A stretch of 64,000 nt of DNA from Phyllobates terribilis. Its lineage: Eukaryota. The translations under genes were made by a program, and so were the position numbers. Within the stretch, counting starts at the first letter, position 1; each line of letters opens with the position of its first letter. The DNA is taken from NCBI RefSeq assembly GCF_046119375.1, contig NW_027362768.1, positions 80,910,001-80,974,000 on the forward strand, given 5' to 3'. This document shows, piece after piece, positions 1 through 10,589 of the stretch. Below the pieces are notes generated by a model. It was given only the letters and a program-made list of their open reading frames with translations, was not told where the DNA came from and made no database searches.

Positions 1-1150
1 CTGTTGAAAAATAAATGATGGTCCAACTAAACGCAAACCGGATGGAATAGCATGCCGCTGCAAGATGCTGTGGTACCCTTGCTGGTTCAGTATGCCTTCA
101 ATTTTGAATAAATCCCCAACAGTGTCACAAGCAAAGCACCCCCACACCATCAAACCTCCTCCTCCATGCTTCCCGGTGGGAACCAGGCATGTAGAGTCCA
201 TCCGTTCACCTTTTCTGCGTCGCACAAAGACATGGTGGTTGAAATCAAAGATGTCAAATTTGCACTCATCAGACCAAAAGCACAGATTTCCACTGGTCTA
301 ATGTCCATTCCTTGTGTTCTTTAGCCCAAACAAGTCTCTTCTGCTTGTTGCCTGTCCTTAGCAGTGGTTTCATAGCAGCTATTTTACCATGAAGGCCTGC
401 TGCACAAAGTCTCCTCTTAACAGTTGTTGTAGAGATGTGTCTGCTGCTAGAACTCTGTGTGGCATTGACCTGGTCTCTAATCTGAGCTGCTGTTAACCTG
501 CGATTTCTGAGGCTGGTGACTCAGATAAACTTATCCTCAGAAGCAGAGGTGACTCTTGGTCTTCCTTTCCCGGGGCAGTCCTCATGTGAGCCAGTTTCTT
601 TGTAGCGCTTGATGGTTTTTGCAACTGCACTTGGGGACACTTTCAAAGTTTGCCCAATTTTTCGGACTGACTGACCTTCATTTCTTAAAGTAATGATGGC
701 CACTCGTTTTTCTTTACTTAGCTGCTTTATTCTTGCCATAATACAAATTCTAACAGTCTATTCAGTAGGACTATCAGCTGTGTATTCACCTGACTTCTGC
801 ACAACACAACTGATGGTCCCAACCCCATTTATAAGGCAAGAATTCCCACTTATTAAATCTGACAGGGCACACCTATGAAGTGAAAATCATTTCCGGTGAC
901 TACCTCTTGAAGCTCATCAAGAGAATGCCAAGAGTGTGCAAAGCAGTCATCAAAGCAAAAGGTGGCTACTTTGAAGAACCTAGAATATAAGACATATTTT
1001 CAGTGGTTTCACACTTTTTTGTTAAGTATATAATTCCACATGTGTTAATTCATAGTTTTGATGCCTTCAGTGTGAATGTACAATTTTCATAGTCATGAAA
1101 ATACAGAAAAATCTTTAAATGAGAAGGTGTGTCCAAACTTTTGGTCTGTA

Positions 1151-1153
<3 letters not shown>
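1..1153 (-). mobile_element. Tc1/mariner DD38E (Intruder-type) transposon, defective copy cut by the window start
   Basis: Near-identical to 15113-16741. Its TIR ends GGTCTGTACTG|TA at 1153. The transposase start (ORF 521-739, [12 protein letters not shown]...GRPR) is stopped by CGA>TGA after EDKFI. Confidence 0.9.

Positions 1154-1183
<30 letters not shown>
1154..1183. repeat. (TA)15 microsatellite at the Tc1 target site
   Basis: Direct reading; abuts the TIR end. Confidence 0.95.
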
Positions 1184-1186
<3 letters not shown>

Positions 1187-1803
1187 TGGGGAATGTCTGA
1201 CCAGGGATGAGATAGGACGCATGATCTGAAGTTCCTGCTACACCATCCTGTGTAATCATCTTCCAGATATGGCTGCACCAGACACGCACTGGTAGACCGG
1301 CTCCGGGGAGGTCACCAACTCTTTTCTGGTATATTTAATCTTGAAAGATTTAAAAAAAAACTGCAGCTCAGTCCTGATGAATTGATTTTCTGCGGGGCAT
1401 TTGCTTATTTTGTTCTTATCCTTAGTTTTGTCTGTTAGTGGCCACAGTGTGAATGTACACCTATACCAACATGTGTTCCGGCTCATTTCTTTGGTTTTGC
1501 TTCAGTCTTTATGAAGTCAATCTCTTTTTCTAATCTAATACAATCCTGTAATTTATTTTCTAAAATGTAGATATTTCAGATTTTATTGCTGGAAACCTTT
1601 GGGCTCAATAGGCCCAAACACTGTCTATATTCTATAGAAATGCCCAGTTCTCAGATCACACTGGTTTATTGTTACTGGTTTCAGTCTTGTCTGAATCATA
1701 GGAAATAATTCCTAACAGTCTAATATAGCACACCGCAAAATAGGAGGAGGCAGTAAGTAAGGTACATACATGAGCAGGGCTACAATGTCTTCTGCATACA
1801 AAC

Positions 1804-1927
1804 CATTGTGGTATAGTCAATCTGTGGGGCCATCTCCGCATTTGTGCCACCTTTAAAGATCAGTTCAGAAGGGGTTTCAGCAAAGAGGACGCAGGGAAGG
1901 GAGACCTGAAGTAATAGGCACACACTC
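1804..1927 (-). CDS. RTCA: RTCA coding exon 4 (124 nt)
   Basis: tgtAG|G AGT GTG TGC...ACA ATG|GTttgt; contains [14 protein letters not shown]. Confidence 0.95.
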
Positions 1928-4900
1928 CTACAAAGACAGCGAGAGGGGGTCAGCAGAGGAAGAATAATAGCCAGCTAAAGAGACTGGTGGTAGCATTGCC
2001 TGACCAACAGGACCCTCATCAATTGCTAGAAAAAGTCACAGCCTTGCTAGAAAAGTACCTGTTTCCACATGGCATCTTAGTGCTTGGAACCTGGCTAATC
2101 AGAAATGAATGGCATCTTATCCTGGCCACCAATGTCTGTGTTGAGACAACCCCTTTAAAACTTTATTCCCATCTTTCATAAATGGGCATTGTTGGATAGT
2201 GCTTGTAAACACAAGCAATTGTACAACTTCTGAAAGGTTTTTACTATTCCTGAGATATTAACACTTTTCTTTTGTTTACCGCTTGTTGTCATGGAGCACG
2301 ACCACCTCTGATAGACAGCAGAACACGCGCACTGCTTAAAAGCACTTTTCTATTGAGCTTGTAAACACTGTTTTGAAGCAGTTTAGGATCGCTGGAGCGT
2401 CATGTTACCAGCTTCAGCAAAGTGCTTACAAGCTAGACAACAGCGGTGGTCGGTCTCCTAGGCAACAAAGTGTAAACAAAAGTGTTAATAATATCTAAAG
2501 AATGGCTTCAAACATTAATAAGCAGCAAATTGCAGAAATGCTTGTTTTTACAATCTATGAGGAGGGAGATAAATTAACGCTAAAGCAAATTATGACTTAA
2601 GAAATTGTGTTTTCTTGCTGACAAACCATAGTCCTAAATAAGAAAATCTTATTACCTTTACACAAATCATAAAAGTATAGATGAAGGCATTTACAATATA
2701 CCTTCATTAAAAAATGTTCTTGTTTCACTAGGTCCGTCCTAGGTGGAGAAAAGAAATGACCCCACAGCAATCGCTGCTTGCATCCCTACCCTGTGACTAC
2801 CAAAAATATTTGGAAGCACAAGATATGACAGTCACATCACCAGATTACATCTCTCTATATCAAAGCAGATCCATCACCAGATTTCACAATATAAACTGCA
2901 TACATTATTAAATAGATTTCTTAGACCTAATGAGACTGGGGAACTTACTTTAAAAAGCCATGTCAAAATGGCTGCACAATCCGGAAATTAAAAAAGAGCA
3001 TTTTAGGAGTCCAGCTAAACAGTAAAATAGCAAATAAGTCAAAAATACATGTAATAAATCTCTGTCTACCCAGCCTGACTGACCGCTGCAGCTTGTACTG
3101 AGCGCTGTGAGATCTCAGCAAGACGAGGGACACTGAGGAGCTGTCAATCAGGCTAGGTGGGCAAAGATGGAGTTTAAAACTTTGTATTGGAAAATCTGGT
3201 GACAAATACAATACAATAATTGCATTAAGTATTAATTTAGGAGTCTGGAAAACATATTTTTAGAATTGTATATTACTAAGACTTAACATTTTAAGAACAT
3301 AAAAAAAATAAGTGAATGTCCTTACTAACCCGGCAGTTTTTGTATCAGCGATCAGAGATCCCCCTTTTATTCTTCCCGGGGTAAAGTTTATTTCCGTAGA
3401 TCCTATTGCAGCATTATCCAATTGGCCAGCACACAAATCCCGAACAGTCTCCAGTCCTGATAAATGTTGTGGCCTATGAAGAAAAGGACGATGGACACAT
3501 AGGCAAACAGATATGCAGCCTGCGTCCCCCTGAAATCAACGCTAATTGTGGTGGCAAATAGATGGTTGACGATTCCCTACACTGAAGCTTCTTAACATTA
3601 TAGAATACAATTTTACCTAAAGGTAGTGTGCGGTATGTGCATTAAAGGGGTTGTCCAATGGGAGAAAAAGAATATTTACTGTAGTTAAAATGCAAGAATT
3701 GAGTTTACTAATATACTTTATCTAAATCTGTGCAGATTGTACTATTCCAGCACCCCTGTCCTGGTGCTGGAAACGCCTCTTCTATGAATATTGCAACACA
3801 GGCAGGAAGCCTTCTCCTCCTTTCCATACAGGCATATGGCTAATGATGTGACTATGGCTCAGTTAATTAGATAAGCCAGCACCCTTCTCCATCACATCAG
3901 ATACAGGGACGAAAAAGAGTCCAACACCGCTAATAAATTGAACCCATCAGTTAGACTCTTAAAGGGTTATTCTACCAATTATATTATTTTTCACAAAGCA
4001 CAGTAAATGCATACTTATTGTTAATAATTCTTTGTTTCCCCTTTATGCATCCAGCTTCATGTAGCAGAATGAGCAATCCTATTCTTACACTGCTAAAACC
4101 ATATTCCTGAACAGCACCCTGCTTTTCCTCAGTTCTGCAGACCCCTGCCTGCCTCTCCTTTGTGTTAGTGACTATCCCCACCATACAGAGTTGCATCCAC
4201 CAAAGATATTTGGCACATCATCAAGCTAATTCACTATATTCCTCTTTGCACTATATGGTCATGTATTTGACATATTTTATCTTCTCCCATATGCATCAAT
4301 AGAGCAGCATTTGCAGTTTCACATCACTGAGTTGTCTGTTGCAGACATCAAACACAGCTCAGCTCTGCCTGTGACAGCTCTGCTGAGCCAAGTTATTACA
4401 ACCTTCTTTGTGGAGGAGTGGAGGACAGTGGCGCTCTGCTGAAAACCAACTAATAGAGCAACGATGTAAAAGCACAGGAAGCTGTACTGATGCAGATGGC
4501 AGAAGATAAAACGGGTCAGGCATAAAGTGCACAGGAGCATAGAGTGTATTCTACAAGTAGCATATATTATGTCAGAAGTGGAGGTAGAGCCGAGCTTTCC
4601 TGGCAGGAAGCCAGAGACCTTGCACTGCGCATGATCGACCAGGAGAAATGGAACTACAGCAGGATGGTTTTAATGGCAACTGGAGAGTAAATATAGACTG
4701 GAGGGGCAGCCATTGGAGGGTTAAATGGACCAAATGTGGCAGATTAAAAAAAAACAATAAAAACACAATGGTTATGTTGACACAAATGAATACATGTGTA
4801 CATTATTATAAGACCACATAGTGATTTTGGGAATAATCCTTTGATCACGTAACTTGTCACATGCAGAGAGGGGGCAGAAGCGAAGATGGAACCACTAAAA

Positions 4901-7598
4901 AGATGTACATGTCTTACATTCATACTTTTATTTAAAAGCAGATTCTATCTACGTTTTAAAAAGAAGTTGTTAAACGCATTAACCGTCTGATGTACATAGC
5001 TAGCAGCCTTGTTGAGCTCTTATAAAAAAAATCTAAAAAAAATAAATAAATGCTGGAGTTTTGATAAGTTGCATGCCCTTTGTTTTTCTAAAACCGTATC
5101 AAAACAGCACAACAAAGCAGTGACCTGTTCCTCACAGTAATGAAACATGACAAAAAAAACGATCTACCTTAATCCCGGCGTGCTTCGCCCTGCTCGGATC
5201 TTTGACACTCGCACTCGAATACCCAGAAGACAGCTCAGGGCAGTGCAGATACGCAGGATCTGACCTCCCTATAACACGACGATTAAGAGAAAAAAAGAAG
5301 CACGTGAGCTATTGTCACCTGTATTATAGAAATGTACTAGCAGTGCAACTCTGTGGGGCTAAGGGCATTCGTAGATAGGTTTACCTGGTGTATAGTTTAA
5401 AAATGATGGATACCTTTGACATGGGAAAAATTAATGTTTTACGCATGAGAAATGACCTTTAATTAGAATATTGCAGTTTCATACTGCAGACTTCATTATT
5501 TTCAGACCTCATGATGTGCAGTTTGCCGTCAAATCCAGGTTTCAGATTTTTCTCTTTCGAGTGTCTCTCCCAGTAATATAGGAAGGTCATTGTGTGTCCA
5601 GTGTGCTGCTGTCTTCACTACACATATCAGCACAGCTTCTATCCCGCACTTACTGTTCATCTGCAGCTCGTTTTCTCTGCCCTCCCTAGGACTACAGATA
5701 ATTTCTCTCCTCTCCACAATCTTGAGATCTGTGTACAACCATCTCCTTGCTGCTATTTCTATGGCCTCATTCAGACTGACAGAGTTTCAGTTTTTTTACT
5801 GAACAATAGACTTGTATTGTTGATTTTGATCCAATACTAGGATCACAATCGGACATGACTCTGGGATTCTGTGTGGATCACCAAGTCCGTGGGAAGTCAC
5901 AGACATGTGAATGACCCCATTCACTCTTATAGGTTTGAGTGCTATCCATGGATAACCGAGATTGCACCCATACACAGAAAACAGATGTCTGAAAGAGGCC
6001 CAACACAGAGGAGGGAATAGGAAGCAGAGAGTCAATAGCAGGAGCTTTGATTTGTGTCTGTTTTACAGAGCACTCACTAGTAGGGATGGAAGTCCAGGTT
6101 CTGGTACCCAACCCGAACTATAGTCTAAAGTTCGGGTTGGGTACCAGCTTGATCTCGAACTCTACAGTAAAACAGAATTCCGGGAGAAGTCCATGTTCGG
6201 AGTTTAGCACCGGACACTTACGAACCCCCAACGTTTAAGTTTGTGTTCGCTCATCTCTACTCACTAGATAAAGGACTTACAGACACAAGACACTGCAGCA
6301 GGACAATGGCAGGACATATTAATAAAGAATACTTAGAAAATTGTTCACACGTGTTGTTTTTTTTTTTACGTCACAAATCTGCAGCAAAACTGATCTCTGG
6401 CAGGAAATCAGCTGCGTCAAAAACCCAGGTTTTGCTGCGTTTTTTTCACTGTCCTTCTGTTTCTATTTATGCATGTACATAAAGTTCTGTGAAGAAAAAA
6501 AAAAGAATCCCCATTCTATTTCACCATCAAAAATGCTGAAAAAAAACGCTGATGCAAATTTTGGTGCGTTTTTTCCAGCGTTTTTTTTTTTTTTTCCTTC
6601 ACCACCCATTACTTCCTATGGGTGAAAAAACACAGAAAGAAGTGACATGCTCTATTTTCCAAAAAGCCAACCAAGGCACAAAATACAACAAAAAAAAAAA
6701 ACACGATGTGTGAACAGAGAATTCTGGTTTCTCAGACTTTGCTGGTACTGCAAAATGCAGCTGAAAATTTGCATAAAAATTTGCAGCAAAAAACGCTGAA
6801 AAACCCAAGATGTGTGAACATAGCCTAACCTTGCATTTAGGGAGTAAATGAACAATGAAAAAAAAAATAAAAATCTGTGTGAAGATCTACAAAGCCTTTA
6901 ATAATAGATCCTCATTTAGCAATTTGAAGCCAAAAGTGGGTTCTTTCAGTCTCCATATAACAGTAATGCACCTGCTTACCATTTGTTTCGCAATGGTCCC
7001 CTATAGTAGACGGACACCTATGCATCCATCATCTAGACTGTGGCCACCATTGAATGTATACCTCTTGAGTTGTATATGCCCAACAGTGGCCACAGGTGCA
7101 CTGTGCACCTAGCCTTAAGTGTAACTATCATTTTAATAAAAGATTTGCTACATTACAGGTGTTGTCATGTGCTGCTGATCTGTGGGGGGTACAGGTCTTG
7201 AGACCCCGACCAATCAGTCAAAAGACCGCTTTGAAGTGCGCAGCTCCCACCTGGGAGGAGTTGATGAGGCTCAAAATAAAGTCTATGGGCACATAAACCG
7301 CTCTTAGAGGTTTAATGTATATTAACCCATACAGTGCCTGTGCTTGAGGCTCATGCAGGAGCTGCGCACTTCAGCGCTGTGTTTTGACTGAGCTTCGGGT
7401 GGGGAGGGACCCCACCTATAATCATCAATACCATCCAGTTTCTGTAATATATAAGAGCTTTTATAAATTGACAGCTACTCTACAAAGACCGGGTCTCTTT
7501 AAACGTCTCTATGATGTATTGTCATAAGTCTGTCTGCACTCCCTCACCCCCTCCATAATGCTGCCATCAACGTCCACTGGTCCACCTTCTTCTGCCAT
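1804..7598 (-). CDS. RTCA: RNA 3'-terminal phosphate cyclase, 5' part: join of 7598-7548, 5268-5168, 3473-3330, 1927-1804; continues left of the window
   Basis: Spliced translation [140 protein letters not shown] matches vertebrate RTCA. All introns are GT-AG with consistent phases. Head-to-head with DBT as in human. Confidence 0.96.
3330..3473 (-). CDS. RTCA: RTCA coding exon 3 (144 nt)
   Basis: catAG|G CCA CAA CAT...GCC GG|GTtagt; PQHLSGL...DTKTAG. Confidence 0.95.
5168..5268 (-). CDS. RTCA: RTCA coding exon 2 (101 nt)
   Basis: tatAG|GGA GGT CAG ATC...TTA AG|GTagat; GGQILR...PGLR. Confidence 0.95.
6081..6259. mobile_element. hAT-type MITE in an RTCA intron
   Basis: Perfect 8-bp TSD CTCACTAG (6073-6080 and 6260-6267). 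TAG(G/A)GATG termini. Internal 19-bp perfect hairpin CTGGTACCCAACCCGAACT/AGTTCGGGTTGGGTACCAG. Confidence 0.8.
6335..6826. mobile_element. PIF/Harbinger-like MITE (degenerate)
   Basis: GTTCACAC...GTGTGAACATAGCC-type termini and AAAACGC/TGCAG-rich interior. Confidence 0.5.
7548..7598 (-). CDS. RTCA: RTCA first coding exon (51 coding nt)
   Basis: ATG GCA GAA...ATG GAG GGG|GTgagg; preceded by about 50 nt of UTR and a CAGCAG acceptor at 7651-7647. Confidence 0.93.
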
Positions 7599-8419
7599 CG
7601 TCCTCGATTTCGTCCTCGATTTGTCTCTGACGCTTCAGATGAGTATCTGCTGATAGAATAGGAGCCATGACATAGGGAATACAGTGCACAGACTGTTACA
7701 TCACTGTCCTAACTGGTCCGGCCATGTTGTGGCTGCAGATGTCGGCCTGTCCCGCTGCACCACTGAGGTACAAAGCATCAGTTATCGTAGATTCATGGGC
7801 AGACACATGTATCAGAGGTGGGCATAAAAGTCACAACACCACCGCACCAGAAAACTGTCACAAATCTCACCCTAAACAGTCCTGAGTGATTGACAGCTGC
7901 AGAAAATGCCGGGAAATATGGATGTCGCACCAGCAAAAAAAAAAAAAAGTCTGTGATTGGTGCATTCAATGGAAATATGTGTGAAGCTAACCCTATGTAA
8001 TGATATGTAAGCCGACCCCACAGCCATCGAACTCGCGCACGGTCATCTATATACACATCGCACTCGCGCACGGTCATCCATATACACATCGCACCTACAG
8101 GAACGTTTACCACCTCCCATTGTAGATCCATTGGAACTAACATGGAGTTGGTCTTCCCTCTGCAGCTAACAGCTTCCTCTCCTCTGGGAAGATTTTGGCA
8201 TCTGTGGGCATTTTACCCATTTATCAGGTCAGACGCTGATGTAGGAAGGGAGGGCCGGGATCGTAATCTCCATTCATCCCAAGGGTGTTTGCTGAGGTTG
8301 TGGTCAGGACACTGTGCAGTCGGCCATGTTCTTCTACACCAGACACCCCCAACTATGTCCTTCTGCACCGTCATGGGGAACAGAGAAGGGTCATCACAAA
8401 ATTGGAGGCTACAATTGTC

Positions 8420-8705
8420 TAAAATGTCTTGAAAGTATTAAGATTTCCCTTCACTGGAGCCGACCCCTGAAAAGCATCCCCATAGAATAACTCCTACTCC
8501 GCACCGTGAGGCAGCGCTCTCCTGGCATTCACTACACCTGGGCTGTCCATCAGATGCCAGACAGAAGAGTATGATCCATTACTGCACAGAGTCCAGTGAT
8601 GGCGGCTTTATACCACTCCATCCAACGCTTGGCATTGCGCTTGGTGGTGTAAGGCTGCATGCAGCTGCTCGGCCATGGAAACCCAAGACATAAAGCTCCC
8701 GGCAG
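8420..8705 (-). mobile_element. Degenerate Tc1 transposase fragment
   Basis: Resembles the reverse strand of Tc1 transposase DNA (CCCTTCACTGGA...CCCTGAAAAGCATCCCCA...GCAGCTGCTCGGCCATGGAAACC); no open frame. Confidence 0.5.
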
Positions 8706-8844
8706 GGTTAATACAAGAGGAGGCTTGGATTTTATACACTTCTAGCAATGGGACTGAATGATAAATTGAATTCAATGATTATAGGCGGACGGCCACTACT
8801 GACTGGACAACCCTACAATCCCCCACATTAAATAAAAAATCTGA

Positions 8845-9070
8845 TCACTCCCAGATCTGCGCCGCTGCAGTGATGTCAGCACTGCGTCTCCCAGCACATG
8901 TGTGATGTTATGTGAGCACTGCTGCTGCCACCGATGAGCTGCAGCCTGACAGAACGCTGCAACCCATCAGTGGCAGTTGATTGGCTGCAGTGCTCACATG
9001 ACATAACATCACATATCTGCTGGGAGACACAGTGCTGACATCGCTGCAATGGCGCATTCCCGGGAGTGAT
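8845..9070. repeat. Imperfect fold-back inverted repeat (MITE-like)
   Basis: ATCACTCCC...TGTCAGCACTG.GTCTCCCAGCA...TGTGATGTTATGT mirrors ACATAACATCACA...TGCTGGGAGAC.CAGTGCTGACA...GGGAGTGAT. Confidence 0.7.
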
Positions 9071-9179
9071 CAGGGGTATTTTACATATGGGAGACTATAG
9101 GGTTTAAGAAAGGGGGATCCAGGGGTGGAAATCTCCTGTAAGAGCCGTGTCCTGGTACTATACAGTATATACTAGTACA

Positions 9180-9965
9180 GCCGGGCATGCTGGGAGCTGT
9201 AGTTATCCAAGAGCCACAGACTACAAAGATGTCTACAGTCATGGCTCGCCCATCCTCACCCGGACACGTGGGGGTATATAGATGGGGTAGATGGGGGGGT
9301 ATATAGGTACAGATCCGCCGGCAGCACCCACCTCCCGGCTCTGCAGCCGCTGCTCCCGACCCTCTGCTCTGTGCAGCCGCCGGCTCCAGACACTTGTAGT
9401 TCCCGCCCCTTCCTGTTAGGTGTTTAACCCTCTTATCGCCGGAAAGATACCGGACACCGACAGTCTTTCTGCAGAGAGTAACCCGGGAGTTACATCTGAG
9501 CCGCACCGAGCAATACAATCATTATAGGAAGGCCGAGATCACAGCACAGGACGCTACACGGCTTATGTTTACCTAAGTGATATTATTGAGAGGGACGACC
9601 GTGTGTGATGACGAGAAACGTAACGTGTAATATCCGCATAGTGTGATCAAACGTGTATAATATAGTCACAATTATAGATAGCCAAAAACATGGCGGCCGT
9701 TCCCCAGTGTGGCGACACATTAGATAAGACCCCGCCCACTAATGGAGCGATCAGGCTGATCTGTCTGCAAGCCCCGCCCTCATCAGTGACAGCCGGGCAG
9801 TGGTGTGCTCACACTCTGATTGGCTGCCGGCCTCGCACACCTCTCTCCCGCCCCCTTCTCCTTGGAGTTGACACATTGTTCCCCCTGATCTCTGCTGATT
9901 GGTTGTTTGAAGAGTATTCCTAACGGGATTGGTGCTCTCAGCGTTTCCGGGTAAGATGGCGGCTG
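9180..9965. promoter_or_regulatory. CpG-rich bidirectional RTCA/DBT promoter
   Basis: Lies between divergent genes. ZNF143/THAP11-type GCATGCTGGGAGCTGTAGT (~9185) and GGGAACTACAA (minus, ~9395). GC boxes CCCCGCCC (~9730, ~9772). Inverted CCAAT boxes (~9818, 9898, 9928). ETS TTCCGG (~9945). YY1-type AAGATGGCGGC over the DBT ATG. Confidence 0.8.
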
Positions 9966-10006
9966 TGAGGGCGCTGAGGAGCTGCAGCCGGTCATTCGGC
10001 CGCCTG
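9956..10006 (+). CDS. DBT: DBT exon 1 (transit peptide [17 protein letters not shown])
   Basis: ATG at 9956; CTG|GTgaga donor; 51 nt as in human. Confidence 0.92.
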
Positions 10007-10551
10007 GTGAGATTAGCAGTGTGTCCATTGTTATAGGTGTGAGGCGGCGGCTACAGACGTGACCGTCAGCTGTGTGCACAGTGCCGTACACCGGGCGTCC
10101 TGTGCCTTGTATGCTCGAAGGAGACCAGGGTTGTGTGATAGAGCCTCCCCTGAGCACTGGGGGAGATGACTGCTATGAAAGGGAACATTTTCCTATTGAA
10201 TTTTTAAATAGCTTAACCCCATCAGGCATGCCGAGTCATTGCCTTAGACTTAAGGTGGGCAGCATTATCATGTTGTAGCAATGGTACACGATTAGTTGTA
10301 ACATCATTGAATAGAAATGTTCTTGAGGCCGAGATTTTAACAGGATCAGCTGAAGGTGATAAGGCATACAGAGAGATTTCCACACAGATACTTTGTTGTT
10401 TATCGTGTAAAAAGGCTGAAAGTGAATAGACATGGGTCATTTGAGTTAGTTTTTAGTATGTAGAGCACACTTTTCTAGCTCCTGAAACTTATTTGTTCTG
10501 GAACTCGGGCTGCTAGTATATGTGTGTGTATGTATATATATATATAGATAT

Positions 10552-10589
<38 letters not shown>

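Noticed and set aside
1185-1803. Search for RTCA exon 5 (VFKPIVEKFG-like)
   Set aside because: Not found; it presumably lies left of the window.
8100-8160. Minus-strand NGSTMGGG resembling RTCA DGSIMEGGG
   Set aside because: No upstream ATG in frame or suitable donor; the true exon at 7548-7598 matches far better.
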